A DNA stretch of 64,000 bases from Blastocladiella emersonii ATCC 22665. Lineage: Eukaryota > Fungi > Blastocladiomycota. The DNA is taken from NCBI GenBank assembly GCA_025594325.1, contig JANHCV010000015.1:1-64000 (forward strand), given 5' to 3'. Shown one piece after another: positions 33,796-44,223 of this stretch (position 1 is its first letter; each line of letters starts with the position of its first letter). A program made the translations under genes and the position numbers. The notes under the pieces are model-generated. The model saw nothing but the letters and a program-made list of their open reading frames with translations. It did no database searches and was not told the origin of the DNA.

Positions 33796-35125
33796 CTATG
33801 GCCAGTACTTGGACTGCATCTTGCGGACCTGCTCGAGGAACACGAATGTGAGGATCGTGTGCGGGCTACAAGTCACAGAGGCGCGCGTCAGTCATCTCGT
33901 CCCACCCGAGTTGGCCACACCAAACGCGAAACGTACCCGACACGGAGGTAGTGCGCCGAGAGGCCCTTGTACAGCGCGCTGATCCCCTCGGCGCGCAGCG
34001 TCTTGGCGAAGCAGTCGATGGGTCCGCGGTACAGCGCGCCGGTGCCGTCGGGCAGCACCTTCTGGTTGTAGAGTCGCGTCGAGACGACGTCGAACGGGTT
34101 CATGGACACGGCGACGAGCAGGCCCGTGATCATGGACGCGCAGAAGTGCAGGCCGACGCCCTCGGTGAAGACGGGCGACCGCTCGCCCGTGGCGCGGTCG
34201 ACGGACTGGAACAGGTCGTGCGTCAGCAAAAAGTCCTTGATGGTGTCGTACGACGAGAGCTGGACGGCCGAGCCGACTAGAAACACGCGTGCGCGAGTGA
34301 GTGGAGTCGTCGCGCGAAGCGCGAAAGCGAGAGTAGCGTACCGCCGGTTCGCATCATGCTAGCCGTGACGCCGCGCCACAAGTTCATGACGCCGCCCTCG
34401 CGCACGACCTCGGCGAGCGCGTGGCCCGTGTGGCGGTACTTGTGCTGCGCGCCGACGCCCATGAGCCGCGGGTCGGTCGAGTACGACTGCATGCGGGTCT
34501 TGACGAGGAACAGCGGGCTGCCGAGGAGCGCGGCGGCGATGCCGCACAGAAAGCCTGAGAGGACGGGAATTACCTTAGGCTCGGCCGAGCGGACGGCGCC
34601 CGTCCAGGCTTCCGGGAACCACGGCGCCGAGGTCGCGGCTGCGGACGCCGTGTACAGGACGCGCTTGGCAGGGTCGTACCCGCCAAGCCGCGTGCCGTTC
34701 ATGACAGCCTGATACAGGTAGGCGGGGAACAGGCCGCGCTGCAGGCCACGGAGGCCCTCGGCGCGCGCAATCACCATGAAGGCCTGCGGCGCCGACGTGT
34801 ACACGCGCGTCACTGTCGCGGCGCCGTCTGCCGCGGCGGATTTGGACGACCGGATCAGCTCGCCCTGCAGCTGTAGCCGCGTCTTGACGACCTCCCTACG
34901 CGCGGGTTTCGGGTGTGTAAGGGTCAGCACGCGCGATTCGCTGGAAGATCACAAGATCACAACGCACCACGGGTTCGTGAAGGTGGCCGCCATGCACGCG
35001 GCGGTCGCGCCGGTGGCGAACCCCTTGAACAGGGAGCGCTGCTGCGGGTGGAGCGCGGGCGCGGGCGCCGTCGTGAGGTGGTGCGCTGCGGGTAGTAGCG
35101 CGGGTGGAGATGCGCTGCTCGACAT
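33796..35125 (-). CDS. OAC1: Mitochondrial carrier, OAC1/SLC25A34-35 type; three introns
   Basis: Three carrier repeats with signature motifs NPW-EVVKTRLQLQGE, SPLFLVKTRMQ and NPFDVVSTRLYNQ. Ends LRVG-PHTILTFVFLEQ. Confidence 0.88.
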
Positions 35126-36534
35126 GGTGGTGGCGGGTGCGGCGTGTGCTTCGGTGCAAGGCTACACGGAGCCCGGAGAGTCGCAGCGGCGGAGCGTGAG
35201 TCGCGGTCGACGCGAGAGTACCGGAGCGAGTCGAGCGATAGCATCGAGAAGAGCGGTCTGTACGGAATGGGGGTAGGTGGAGAGGGGAAGGGCGTAGCGA
35301 GTCGCGCCGCGCCGCACACCACACTCGTCGTGACGTTGGTTTCTTTCTTCTTCTCGTTCGTTCGGGATCAAGACCGAGGGGGAACCGGAACGCGGTCTCC
35401 TCGTCTTCGTATCAAGTTACATCCAGAGCGCGGATGAAGGGAGCGAGAGCGGCGGGCGGCACAGTGCGGCGCGAAGAGCGGGCGAGTCGGGCGGGCGAGG
35501 TGAGGCAGCCGCGCCACCACAGGGCGCAGGGCGCAGCCGGTGCCGCAACGGCGTCGCCCACATGGGCGTCGGCAGCAGCGGCGGCGGCGAGCTCGAAGAA
35601 CTCGCACGCGCACTCGCGTCATGCAGCTGCAGGTCGCGTGGTGGTGGTGGCGTCCAAAATTGGCGCAGATTCATAGAGAGCTTCATGAAGGGAGACACGG
35701 ACGTGCTCAGTTGCAGGAGGAGAGAAGCAGCCGATCCGTGTGGGAGAGCGAGGGAAGCGAGCGAAGGAGAGGGGAGGAAACGCGGAGCAGAGCAGGCAGG
35801 GACAGCGGTCCGTGGTTGGGGGACTCGGCCGCCGCCACGCACGCCCGTTTCCCAAAGTAGACGCGTGGTCGGACTCAGCGATCACTCGGCCATCACGCCG
35901 CGAAGCTGACATGACACACGCGCGAGCAGAAGGATGATGAGAAGAGTTTCTGATGTTTATTCGGGTTCCACTTTTTCTACGTTGGCGATGACCGAGGGCT
36001 GCTAGGGCATGTTCCACTTTGCTGCGTTCGATGGAGAGAGAGGAGGGAGGGAGGGCGTCGCGAGGGCCTGATCCTCGCCTGATGGACGTGTCGATGCGGC
36101 CACGGCAGCGAGGGACTGTCGGATGAGAGCGAGTCTGACGATGGCGGTGGTGGATCGAGGCGAGCACTGACGGGACTGACGAGGAGCGAGGCGACTGAGA
36201 GAGACTGAGATGAGAGCGACTGAGATGGCTGAGTGAGGATGGAATGGGTGGTGGGGTGTCATGATTCATTCAAGACGGCAAGAGAGCGAGAGGGAGGGAG
36301 CGTTGATGACGCTTGTTGGGTACAGTGATGAGGCGAGGCGGAGGAGGACAGTGAGGGGAGGTTCCAGCAAGGGGGATGATGGTGACAGGTCGGTCATGAG
36401 TGGTTGGTTGTTGTTGCTGTTGTTGTTGAGGTCACGCGAGAGGGAGAGGAGGGGGGGGAGATGGGTTGCTTGGGGAGAAGGTCGGTATGTCGGAGGAGGA
36501 GGAGGCCGATGCGGCGGCGTCGAGATGCGCGAGC

Positions 36535-36824
36535 TTACTGGTCGTTGGACTCGTTGGTGCCCTGGTTCTGCATCATGGCGACGCGCTCTTGCCAGGTGAT
36601 GTGGCCGTGGTTGGGGCGGATGCGCAGGTCCTGGTCCGACACGATCTTGTGCACGGTCGAGTAGACGGCGACTGGAGGAAGAGCGGGCGAGGGGCAGCGT
36701 GAGCGAGGGCGATCACGGCGGCGGTCGAGTGGCGAGGGCGAGGCGTACACGAGGCGACGACGGAGACGAAGCCGATGAGGGGGACGATCTCGGGGGTCTT
36801 GCGGAAGTAGGCGGCGAGGGTCAT
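36535..36824 (-). CDS. B12D/NDUFA4 (MLRQ)-like small mitochondrial membrane protein, about 72 aa; one intron
   Basis: Spliced product MTLAAYFRKTPEIVPLIGFVSVVASFAVYSTVHKIVSDQDLRIRPN... fits the PE(L/I)xPL-TM pattern of this family. Confidence 0.7.
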
Positions 36825-36986
36825 CTTGGTGGTGTGTGTAAGGAAGGCTCTTTTGGTTGCGAAGGCGATGGTTTGGTCGACGAGGGACGCGGGGGAGCGC
36901 GGGCTTTTAACGCCGGCCGGGCAGGCCCAGGTCGGCGGCGACCGATCGCAGAGAGTTTGCTGTCGCTGGTCGCGCGGATCCGGGAC

Positions 36987-37034
36987 GCCGCTGCCCGATG
37001 GCCGGCCGCCGCTGCCCGATGGCCGGCCGCCGCT
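36987..37034. repeat. 21-bp direct tandem repeat (2.3 copies)
   Basis: gccgctgcccgatggccggcc twice, plus gccgct. Confidence 0.9.
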
Positions 37035-37738
37035 CCAGGCCCCTGCTGCGGCCGCGGTCACGCGTCATGCTGATTCACGATGACGGCGGCCGCGCGGGCC
37101 TTGAACCTTGAACGGGCGATTGCGCGGCCGAGCGTCACAACGCGTACGGGGTTGTGTCAGTGTGCGTGCATAAAGATCGAAGGGGTGCGGTGGCGGAAAC
37201 CTTGCATGAATGTGGCGCTGCACGCACACGTGACGCAGCGGCTCCAGGGACGCGCGCGGCGGCCGCCTCATCCTGAGTCATCCTGCGTCAGCCTCCCCGC
37301 GCGAACGTTAGCGCTCGGCCTTGTCTCCCTCTGTCTCCCACCCTGTTGGAGCAGGTGCAGGGCGGCCCTGCTGGTCCCTTGCAGCCCTGACTTGGGCAGG
37401 ACAGCGAGATGGACGAGGTGCAACTCGAGGTCGGCGACTGGCGCCTCAACTTCGACATGCGGTCGAGCGTCCACGAGTGCTTCCCGCGCGCGTGCCTGGA
37501 GCGCAACGCGGCCATGTCGATCATCCGCTGCGTCCGCCGTGGGCGGCGTCGCGGGCGAGTTCGCGCTCTCGGCGTCACTGATACCGCCGCGGTCGGCTGG
37601 TGCCGCCGACACGTCGCCCACGAGCCGTGAGCCGAGGCCAATCTGGTCGTGCCGCGCAAGCGCGCCGACGATCTGCAGGTTGTAGCTAGTACTATAGTGT
37701 ATGGGCATCTCACGGCTAACGACGGCGCCGGCAAGCTC

Positions 37739-38389
37739 TCACACCCGCGGGAGCGCCTCCGACCCGGGGCCCATGCACGGGACACGCTTGCCAGGCACGT
37801 ACGGCTTCTTGACCTCGTTGTTGTCGTTGAGCTCGTGGCGTGCGGGGTCGATCTGGAGGTCTACATGCAGTTGGAATGGGTGAGGACGCGGCGTCGTTGC
37901 GTCGAGCGCGCGAGAGCGTACCGAACACGCCGTCGTCCTTCTGGATGCCCTGCACGATGTTGCGCTCGAGGTACTGGGCGACGTCCTGCGCCTTTTGCAG
38001 CAGCTATACGCGGCCGATGGATGGATGAAGTGAGCGTCGGTTGCGATTGGTGGCGTCAGGTTGTGCATACCTCCTTGATCTCGGCCTCGTCCGTGACATT
38101 GCGTGCCTCGCTGTACTGTTTCCGCGTCTCGGCGTGCGCCGCTACACGCAGGGACCGGCGGGTCAGTCGTCTGCCCGCCTTACCGCGGCAGCGATGGCCG
38201 CGTACCCAGTAGAGTGCGGTTATCGCCTGCGCCGGGAGGAAACCATGCGAGATACACGGGTTGGCCGCGTCAGTCGACGACGTTCATCGTGGAGCAGTCC
38301 ATCGACGGGTCTCACTGACCCTTAAACGTGATGTTATGGACGCGGAGCAGTCGCTTGTACGACGCCAGAACTTGTGCACGGAGTGACAT
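37739..38389 (-). CDS. MZM1: LYR-motif complex III assembly factor (Mzm1/LYRM7); four introns, not captured by the ORF track
   Basis: Manual splicing gives MSLRAQVLASYKRLLRVHNITFKGDNRTLLAAHAETRKQYSEARNVTDEAEIKELLQKAQDVAQYLERNIVQGIQKDDGVFDLQIDPARHELNDNNEVKK... Confidence 0.85.
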
Positions 38390-38630
38390 GATTTACAGGG
38401 TGTTGATTCGTCGCGTACAAGCGTGTCTCGCGGGGCCTATACACCGGTGATGAAGATCGGCGGGGAACAACAGCGGAACCAGTGAACCAGTGAGGCGTAA
38501 ATTCCCGTCACGCCTGTCACGCCGGCCTCAACGCTTCAACGCTTGCTCCTCTTTTCTTCCTTCGCGCTGATCTATCCCTGCCAGTCTGTCTCCCCGACGG
38601 CCTCCTTGCAACGTAGCACCGCCACGAAAC

Positions 38631-39705
38631 ATGATGCACTCCATGATCCGGACAGCCCAGCGCGCGGCCCACGCCTCGGTCCGCCGCGCCGCGGCCACGC
38701 GCGGCCTCTCCGCGACGGCGGCCCGCCTCGACGTCACGCCCAGTATGTCTCTGCCGTGTTCGCGCCCTTGGTCCTCGTACTAGGACTTACGGGAAGCGCT
38801 TGTCTAGCCGTCGAGAAGAAGCCCGAGATCAAGAAGTTCTGGCGCGCCGTGACGCTGCAGGAGAACACGGGTACGCTCGCCGCCCGCCGCACTAGTGCAC
38901 CAGCTGCTCGATCTCATCACGGACTCTCGCATTAGACGACTACCAGGTCCTCCTCGACGGCCGCACCGTCAAGTCGCCCAAGGGCACCCCGCTGTCGATC
39001 CCCAAGACCCACCCGCACCTCGCCCACCTCGTATCCGCCGAGTGGGAGAGCCAGAAGAATCTGCTCAAGGCCTACTCGCTCCCTCTGGTACGCGTGCTCT
39101 TTTTATTGAGCAAAGATTGGAACGCGCTGACGCGCCGTGTAGACCTCGATGATCGTCCGCTCGCGCGACGACCTCGCCGATGAGGTGACCCGCAAGGACG
39201 CCATCGACAAGCTCATGAAGTTCCTGCAGACCGACGCGACCTGGTATGCTCGCCCTCGCTCTCTCCCTCGGAGTACCCCACTCACCCGCTTCTCGCGTCT
39301 AGCTACCACCAGGAGTTCCCCGACGAGCTCGTGAACCTGCAGAACGCGCACTGGGTTCCCGTGATCGAGTGGGCGCGTTCGCGGTTCGGCGTCGAGATCC
39401 TGACGACGCAGTCGCTGCTGGGCGTGCGGCAACCCGCCGAGACCGTGGCGACGCTGCGCGCGCACGTCGAGACGTACACGCCGCTGCAGCTCGCGGCCTT
39501 TGAGCGCGCGGTCCTGACGTCCAAGTCGTTCCTCGTCGGGCTCGCCCTCCTCGAGCGCGCCATCACGGCCAAGCAGGCCAGCGCCGCCGCCAGCGTCGAG
39601 GTCGAGGCCCAGATCGCCCGGTGGGGCGAGGTCGAGGACGCGCACGACGTCGACCGCGAGGATCTCCAGCGCCTTCTCGCGTCCGTCGCCCTGTCGCAGG
39701 TCTGA
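38631..39705 (+). CDS. ATP12: F1-ATPase assembly chaperone Atp12/ATPAF2; four introns
   Basis: KKFWRAVT, VLLDGRTVKSP, AEWESQ, LQTDAT-CY, LTSKSFLVGLAL, QIARWGEVEDAHDVD. Confidence 0.93.
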
Positions 39706-39809
39706 GTCTTTCTCATGCAGCGAGCGCGCGGGGTCGAGTGGGATGTACGTGATATATAATGTACTTACTAGTGAAACCTAAAGCCAAAACTGCAGCATAT
39801 GTCGGGAAC

Positions 39810-40986
39810 TTACTGGCGCTTGTGACGCTCCTCGGGGGTCTCCTCTACGGGGATCGACGTGACGAGCGTGGCCTCGCTGCCCGTGGCGCCGGCGGCCGTG
39901 AAGATGTCGCGCCAGCCCTTGGGGTCAAAGTTGAAGACGAACAGGCCCGTGACGGTGCACGCGAAGCCGAGGAGGTACCACCCCGTGATGGACGCGGCGC
40001 GCAGGACGACCGTCGACCCGAGCAGGACCCAGAAGTCGGAGGTGAGCAAGCTGACGTTGAAGAGCGTGGCGGACCCGATGCGGAAGAAGTAGGGCGCCGT
40101 CGTGTACAGGATGAACATGCACGCGACAAACCCGGCGGTCGTCCAAGCGAGCCCGCTGACGACGGCGGGCGACGCGTTGAGCAGGAAGGTCACCTCCTCG
40201 CGCTCGAACAGCGCCATGTGCAGCGCCGACACCACCGTGCCGAAGAAGCCGACCATCAGGCACAGCTCGTTGGGCCCGTTGAGACGCTTGACGGCCCACT
40301 CCTGTGTCAGGTTCGACAGCGCAAAGCCCAGACCGGAGGCGAGACCCAGAATGTTGCCGATGATCACGCGGCCCGGGTCCGACGGCTCCAGCGTCAGGCG
40401 CGACGTCGCCGTCACGTCCTGCCAGATCACGATCCCAAGACCCGCCACGGCAAGCACCAGCGCGCCGTAGTGCGTCCGCGTGTACCGCGCCTTGAACACG
40501 ACCATGGAGATGAGCACCGTGAAGGGCGTCGACGACGTGTTCTACGATCGCATAGATGCGAGGTCAGTGGGAGGTGATCGCGAGCAGGCAAGGAAGCCGC
40601 GGGCGTACCAGCAGGAAGGCCGAGAGCGGGCTCGTGAACGCGTAGGCCTTGGTGACGGCGTAGTTGGCGTAAAAGTCGAAGACCGAGAAGACGAGGTAGA
40701 CCCACCACACGCGGGGCAGGTTGCTGACGATATCCCACTTGCGGTCGGCCGGGGCCACGCCGCTCGACCGCTCGCGCGCGCCGTTCACGACGTGCAGCAC
40801 GGCGAACACGGCGAACAGGAACATGTAGTGGATCGACAGCTGCGAGAAGGCCAAGTAGAAGGGCGGGTCCGACGTGTTGGCCCACTGGTTCAGGCCCGTG
40901 TTGAACAGCTGCGACCCGGACACGAGCAGCGACATGGCCTGCCCGAAGGCCACGACCGTGATGGCCTTCTTGTAGTCAAACGGCAT
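39810..40986 (-). CDS. SLC35F1/F2-like (DMT superfamily) transporter; one intron at about 40546-40605
   Basis: About 10 hydrophobic segments. GQAMSLLVSG, FDFYANYAVTKAY.FTS, GNILGL.S...FALSN..QE and FNVSLLTSDFW match the SLC35F pattern. Confidence 0.85.
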
Positions 40987-41687
40987 GGTGTTGATCTCGT
41001 TGCAAGAGAGGTCCTCGATGACGCAGAGGAGAGGAAGTGGAGTCAAGGCGCAGCAGGAGTCGGTACCGAGGCAGCGGGCGGGGCATGCGCCACACAGACC
41101 AGCGATCGGCCAAAGTTTGCGTGTGGCTGTGGCGCGGGCGTGACGCCGTTGCCATGCGTTTTCTACGCGCGCTCCTCTTCGCGCTCCTCGTCAACTCACA
41201 CGATACGATGGCAAGGGAGCGAATGAAGCTTGTAGTTGATGCAACGTAGCTCAGTCTATCCATCCATCTGCTTGCTCTCGAGACGAACCGAGCTCCAAAC
41301 AACTCCCCTCGCAGGCGAGATGTCACGAATGCCTGCTCGCAGTGAGCCTAGTTGGTGATCCGCCTCGTGCTGCATGATGAACCACATGGCAGCGAACTGA
41401 GAGAGGGGAGGGAAGGCCTTAACGACTCGCATCTGTGGCAATGGCGGCCGCGAGCTCATGGATCCCTCGCCATGGGTGCCCTCGCAGCGACAACACCTCG
41501 CTGCCTGCGAACCGCAAGGTTACCGGTTACGTGCGGCTGCAAGCTCGTGCTGCCCACCTTGCGCGAGTGGGATTCTCGGAGCGAGAAGTCGACAGGGTCG
41601 GCGAGCTCGCCGGTAGGCTGACGACACGGCCGCACTCCTGCCCCGCCTGCTGCGCCACCAACCACTCTTGCGCAACACCGTTCTAAC

Positions 41688-41933
41688 ATGCGGCAAACGC
41701 TTCGCGTGCTCTTCGTCACTGGCATGGCTGTCGGCGGCGGGCTCGTCGGCTTCTACCTCCAGGACCGCGCCAAGCAGCGTATGCTCGTACGCTCCGCCTC
41801 CATCGCTCGCCCTGGACCTGAACGCCGACTCACCCACACGCTCGCACATTGGTAGGAAAAGTACGCGGCCAGCTTCACGGACGAGGAGCTCAAGCAGACG
41901 GTCCGCGACATTCGCGGCTCGCGCGAGGCCTGA
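41688..41933 (+). CDS. Small single-TM protein (58 aa; intron 41787-41855), left-arm copy
   Basis: MRQTLRVLFVTGMAVGGGLVGFYLQDRAKQRML-EKYAASFTDEELKQTVRDIRGSREA*, with a canonical GTACGC..TAG intron and host-like codons. Confidence 0.65.
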
Positions 41934-42600
41934 CCCTGAATATAGTACGCCTGCCTTGAGACGCCTCCTCGGCCCGCGACCGCAGCGACTACGACCATGA
42001 GCGGCGCGCGTCCCGACCTGCTTGCATCTGTGCGGGCCATCGTCGCAGAGACAACGTGCTCCGTTCGCGAACGGGGCGCGCGTCATCGCGTCAGGGATCC
42101 ATGACGCCGCGTCGGCACGACCACCCGCATTCTCGGCACCTCCCTGGCCGTGCACAAGCGAACCATAGCGGCGACACGGGCGGCGCCTCGCGACCGCGTG
42201 CGCGCGTCAGTGCGGGGTGAGCGGTCCAGGGACGGCGAGTCATGAATCCGGCGGTGGCTGGGTGCCTTGTCGCGCTCCTCGGCCGCGCGTGTCAGAGTCA
42301 GCGCCGCCGCCGTTCACAGCTCGGCCATGGTTTTCGCACTTCGGCCCGCGTCGTACACCTGTCCGCGTGTTGAGCGTGTGCGAGCGCGGGGAGAGGGGCA
42401 CTAGGCGAGCGACGGAGCCCTCAAAAGCGGGCGGGTCCCCGCGCTCACCCTCACTCGATCACAGCACCCATCACCTCCCACCCTCCCTACGGCGCTAGAC
42501 GTTGCCTGTACACCTGTCGGCCGGCTCGACAGCTCTACACCCGCATCACCTCCGACTAGACGTCTGGACCACCATCTCCCCCAAAACTACAACCACCAAC

Positions 42601-44223
42601 ATGTCGCGTCGCTCAACCCGCTCGACCAAGCCGCGCCGCTGGACCGTGGCGTCGCTCGTGACGCTGCTCGCGCTCGTGCTGCTGGGCACGCAGGCCGTCA
42701 CCGCGGCTCCCGCCAGCTCGGGCTCGTGGATCGTCGAGCTCAAGACCGACAAGGACCTCAAGGCCGCGCAGCAGGCCGTCGTCGAGTTCTACCAGAAGCA
42801 GGGGCTCGCCAACGCCGCCGACAAGGCCAAGCTGATCCAGGTCGGCACGGGCTACCGCGCGCTCGCCATGCCCGCGGGCGCGCCCGAGCTGCAGGCCAAG
42901 CTCGCGTCGCTGTCGACCGTGAAAAAGGTCGAGAAGGAGATCGAGTGGAAGATCTTCGAGACGCAGCGCAACCCGCCGGCGGGCCTCGACCGCATCGACG
43001 CCAAGAACGGGCTCGACGGCGCCTTCACGTTCCCCGCCAACGCGGGCGAGGGCGTCAACGTCTACGTGATCGACACGGGCATCAACACGCAGCACCCGGA
43101 CTTCCAGGGCCGCGCCAAGTTCCTGCAGGACTTTACGGGCGAGGGCGCCAACGACCTGCAGGGCCACGGGTCGCACTGCGCGGGCACCATCGGCGGCGGC
43201 ACGTTCGGCGTCGCCAAGAAGGCCAACCTGATCGCGCTCAAGGTGTTTGACCGCTCGGGCCGCGGGTCCAACGTGGCCATCCTGCAGGCGCTCGAGGCGG
43301 TCGCGCGCGACGTGCAGCAGTCGCGCAAGCCGTCGGTCGTGTCCATGTCGCTCGGCGGGCCGCGCGCGCCGGGGCAGGACGACACGACGACGCAGCGCGC
43401 GATCCAGTCGCTGGTCCAGCTCGGCGTCAACGTGATCGTGGCAGCGGGCAACGAGTCGCAGGACGCGTGCGGCGTGTCGCCGGCCTTCATCCCGGACGCC
43501 ATCACCGTGGCGGCGTCGGACCCGCGCAACGACGTGATCGCCGATTTCTCGAACGTCGGCCGGTGCGTCGACATCATCGCCCCCGGCGTCAACATCCAGT
43601 CGGTCGACGCGGCCAGCGGCGGGTCCAAGGTGCTGTCGGGCACGTCCATGGCGACGCCGCACGTGGCCGGCGTCGTGGCCGCGCTCCGGTCGCAGGGCAT
43701 GAGCGCGCAGCAGGCGCAGCAGGAGCTGCTCGGTAAGGCCACGCCCAACGTCGTCAAGGGCAACCTGCGCGGCACGCCCAACAAGTTCCTGTTCATCGAC
43801 CCCGCGCTCGGCGGCGGCAACAACGGCGGCGGCGGCGGTAACGGTGGTCGCCAGCCGCCCACGCAGCCTCCGACCCAGCCTCCGACCCAGCCGCCCACGC
43901 AGCCGCCCCAGCAGCCCCAGCTCCCGCCCGGCTTCCCGCCCGGTTTCCCGTTCCCCGGCCAGCCCGGCTTCCCCGGTGACGATCTCGGCGGCAGCGACGG
44001 CGACGACGGCCAGGGCCAGTTCCCGCCCGGCTTCCCCGGCTTCCCCGGTGGTGACGACGGTCAAGGCCAGTTCCCGCCCGGCTTCCCCGGCTTCCCCGGC
44101 GGCGGCGACGACGGCCAGTTCCCGCCTGGGTTCGGTGGCGACGATGGCCAGGGCTTCCCCGGCTTTGGCGATGACGGCCAGGGCTTCCCCGGCTTTGGCG
44201 GCGGCTTCCCCTTCAAGCAGTAA
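42601..44223 (+). CDS. Secreted subtilisin (S8A, proteinase K-like) with I9 prodomain and a Gly/Pro/Phe/Asp repeat tail, left-arm copy
   Basis: Signal peptide, then catalytic motifs VYVIDTG (Asp), HGSHCAG (His), AAGN (oxyanion) and GTSMATPHVAG (Ser). Probable ATG at 42601. Confidence 0.96.
   Translation: MSRRSTRSTKPRRWTVASLVTLLALVLLGTQAVTAAPASSGSWIVELKTDKDLKAAQQAVVEFYQKQGLANAADKAKLIQVGTGYRALAMPAGAPELQAKLASLSTVKKVEKEIEWKIFETQRNPPAGLDRIDAKNGLDGAFTFPANAGEGVNVYVIDTGINTQHPDFQGRAKFLQDFTGEGANDLQGHGSHCAGTIGGGTFGVAKKANLIALKVFDRSGRGSNVAILQALEAVARDVQQSRKPSVVSMSLGGPRAPGQDDTTTQRAIQSLVQLGVNVIVAAGNESQDACGVSPAFIPDAITVAASDPRNDVIADFSNVGRCVDIIAPGVNIQSVDAASGGSKVLSGTSMATPHVAGVVAALRSQGMSAQQAQQELLGKATPNVVKGNLRGTPNKFLFIDPALGGGNNGGGGGNGGRQPPTQPPTQPPTQPPTQPPQQPQLPPGFPPGFPFPGQPGFPGDDLGGSDGDDGQGQFPPGFPGFPGGDDGQGQFPPGFPGFPGGGDDGQFPPGFGGDDGQGFPGFGDDGQGFPGFGGGFPFKQ
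43855..44215 (+). repeat. Coding repeats in the subtilisin tail: (PPTQ)4 and PPGFPGFPGGDDGQGQF-type units
   Basis: Visible at both DNA and protein level; mirrored at 49240-49600. Confidence 0.9.

Noticed and set aside
35130-36530. Possible gene(s) between OAC1 and the B12D-like gene
   Set aside because: The ORFs are low-complexity translations of purine/pyrimidine-skewed sequence with no motifs. More likely UTR or promoter DNA.
37079-37730. Possible plus-strand gene containing MDEVQLEVGDWRLNFDMRSSVHECF...
   Set aside because: I could not build a consistent exon structure or recognise a domain. It may be real but is unsupported.
43855-44215. Regularly spaced short repeats resembling a CRISPR or satellite array (also 5156-6080)
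   Set aside because: They are in-frame coding repeats without unique spacers, there are no cas genes, and the context is eukaryotic.
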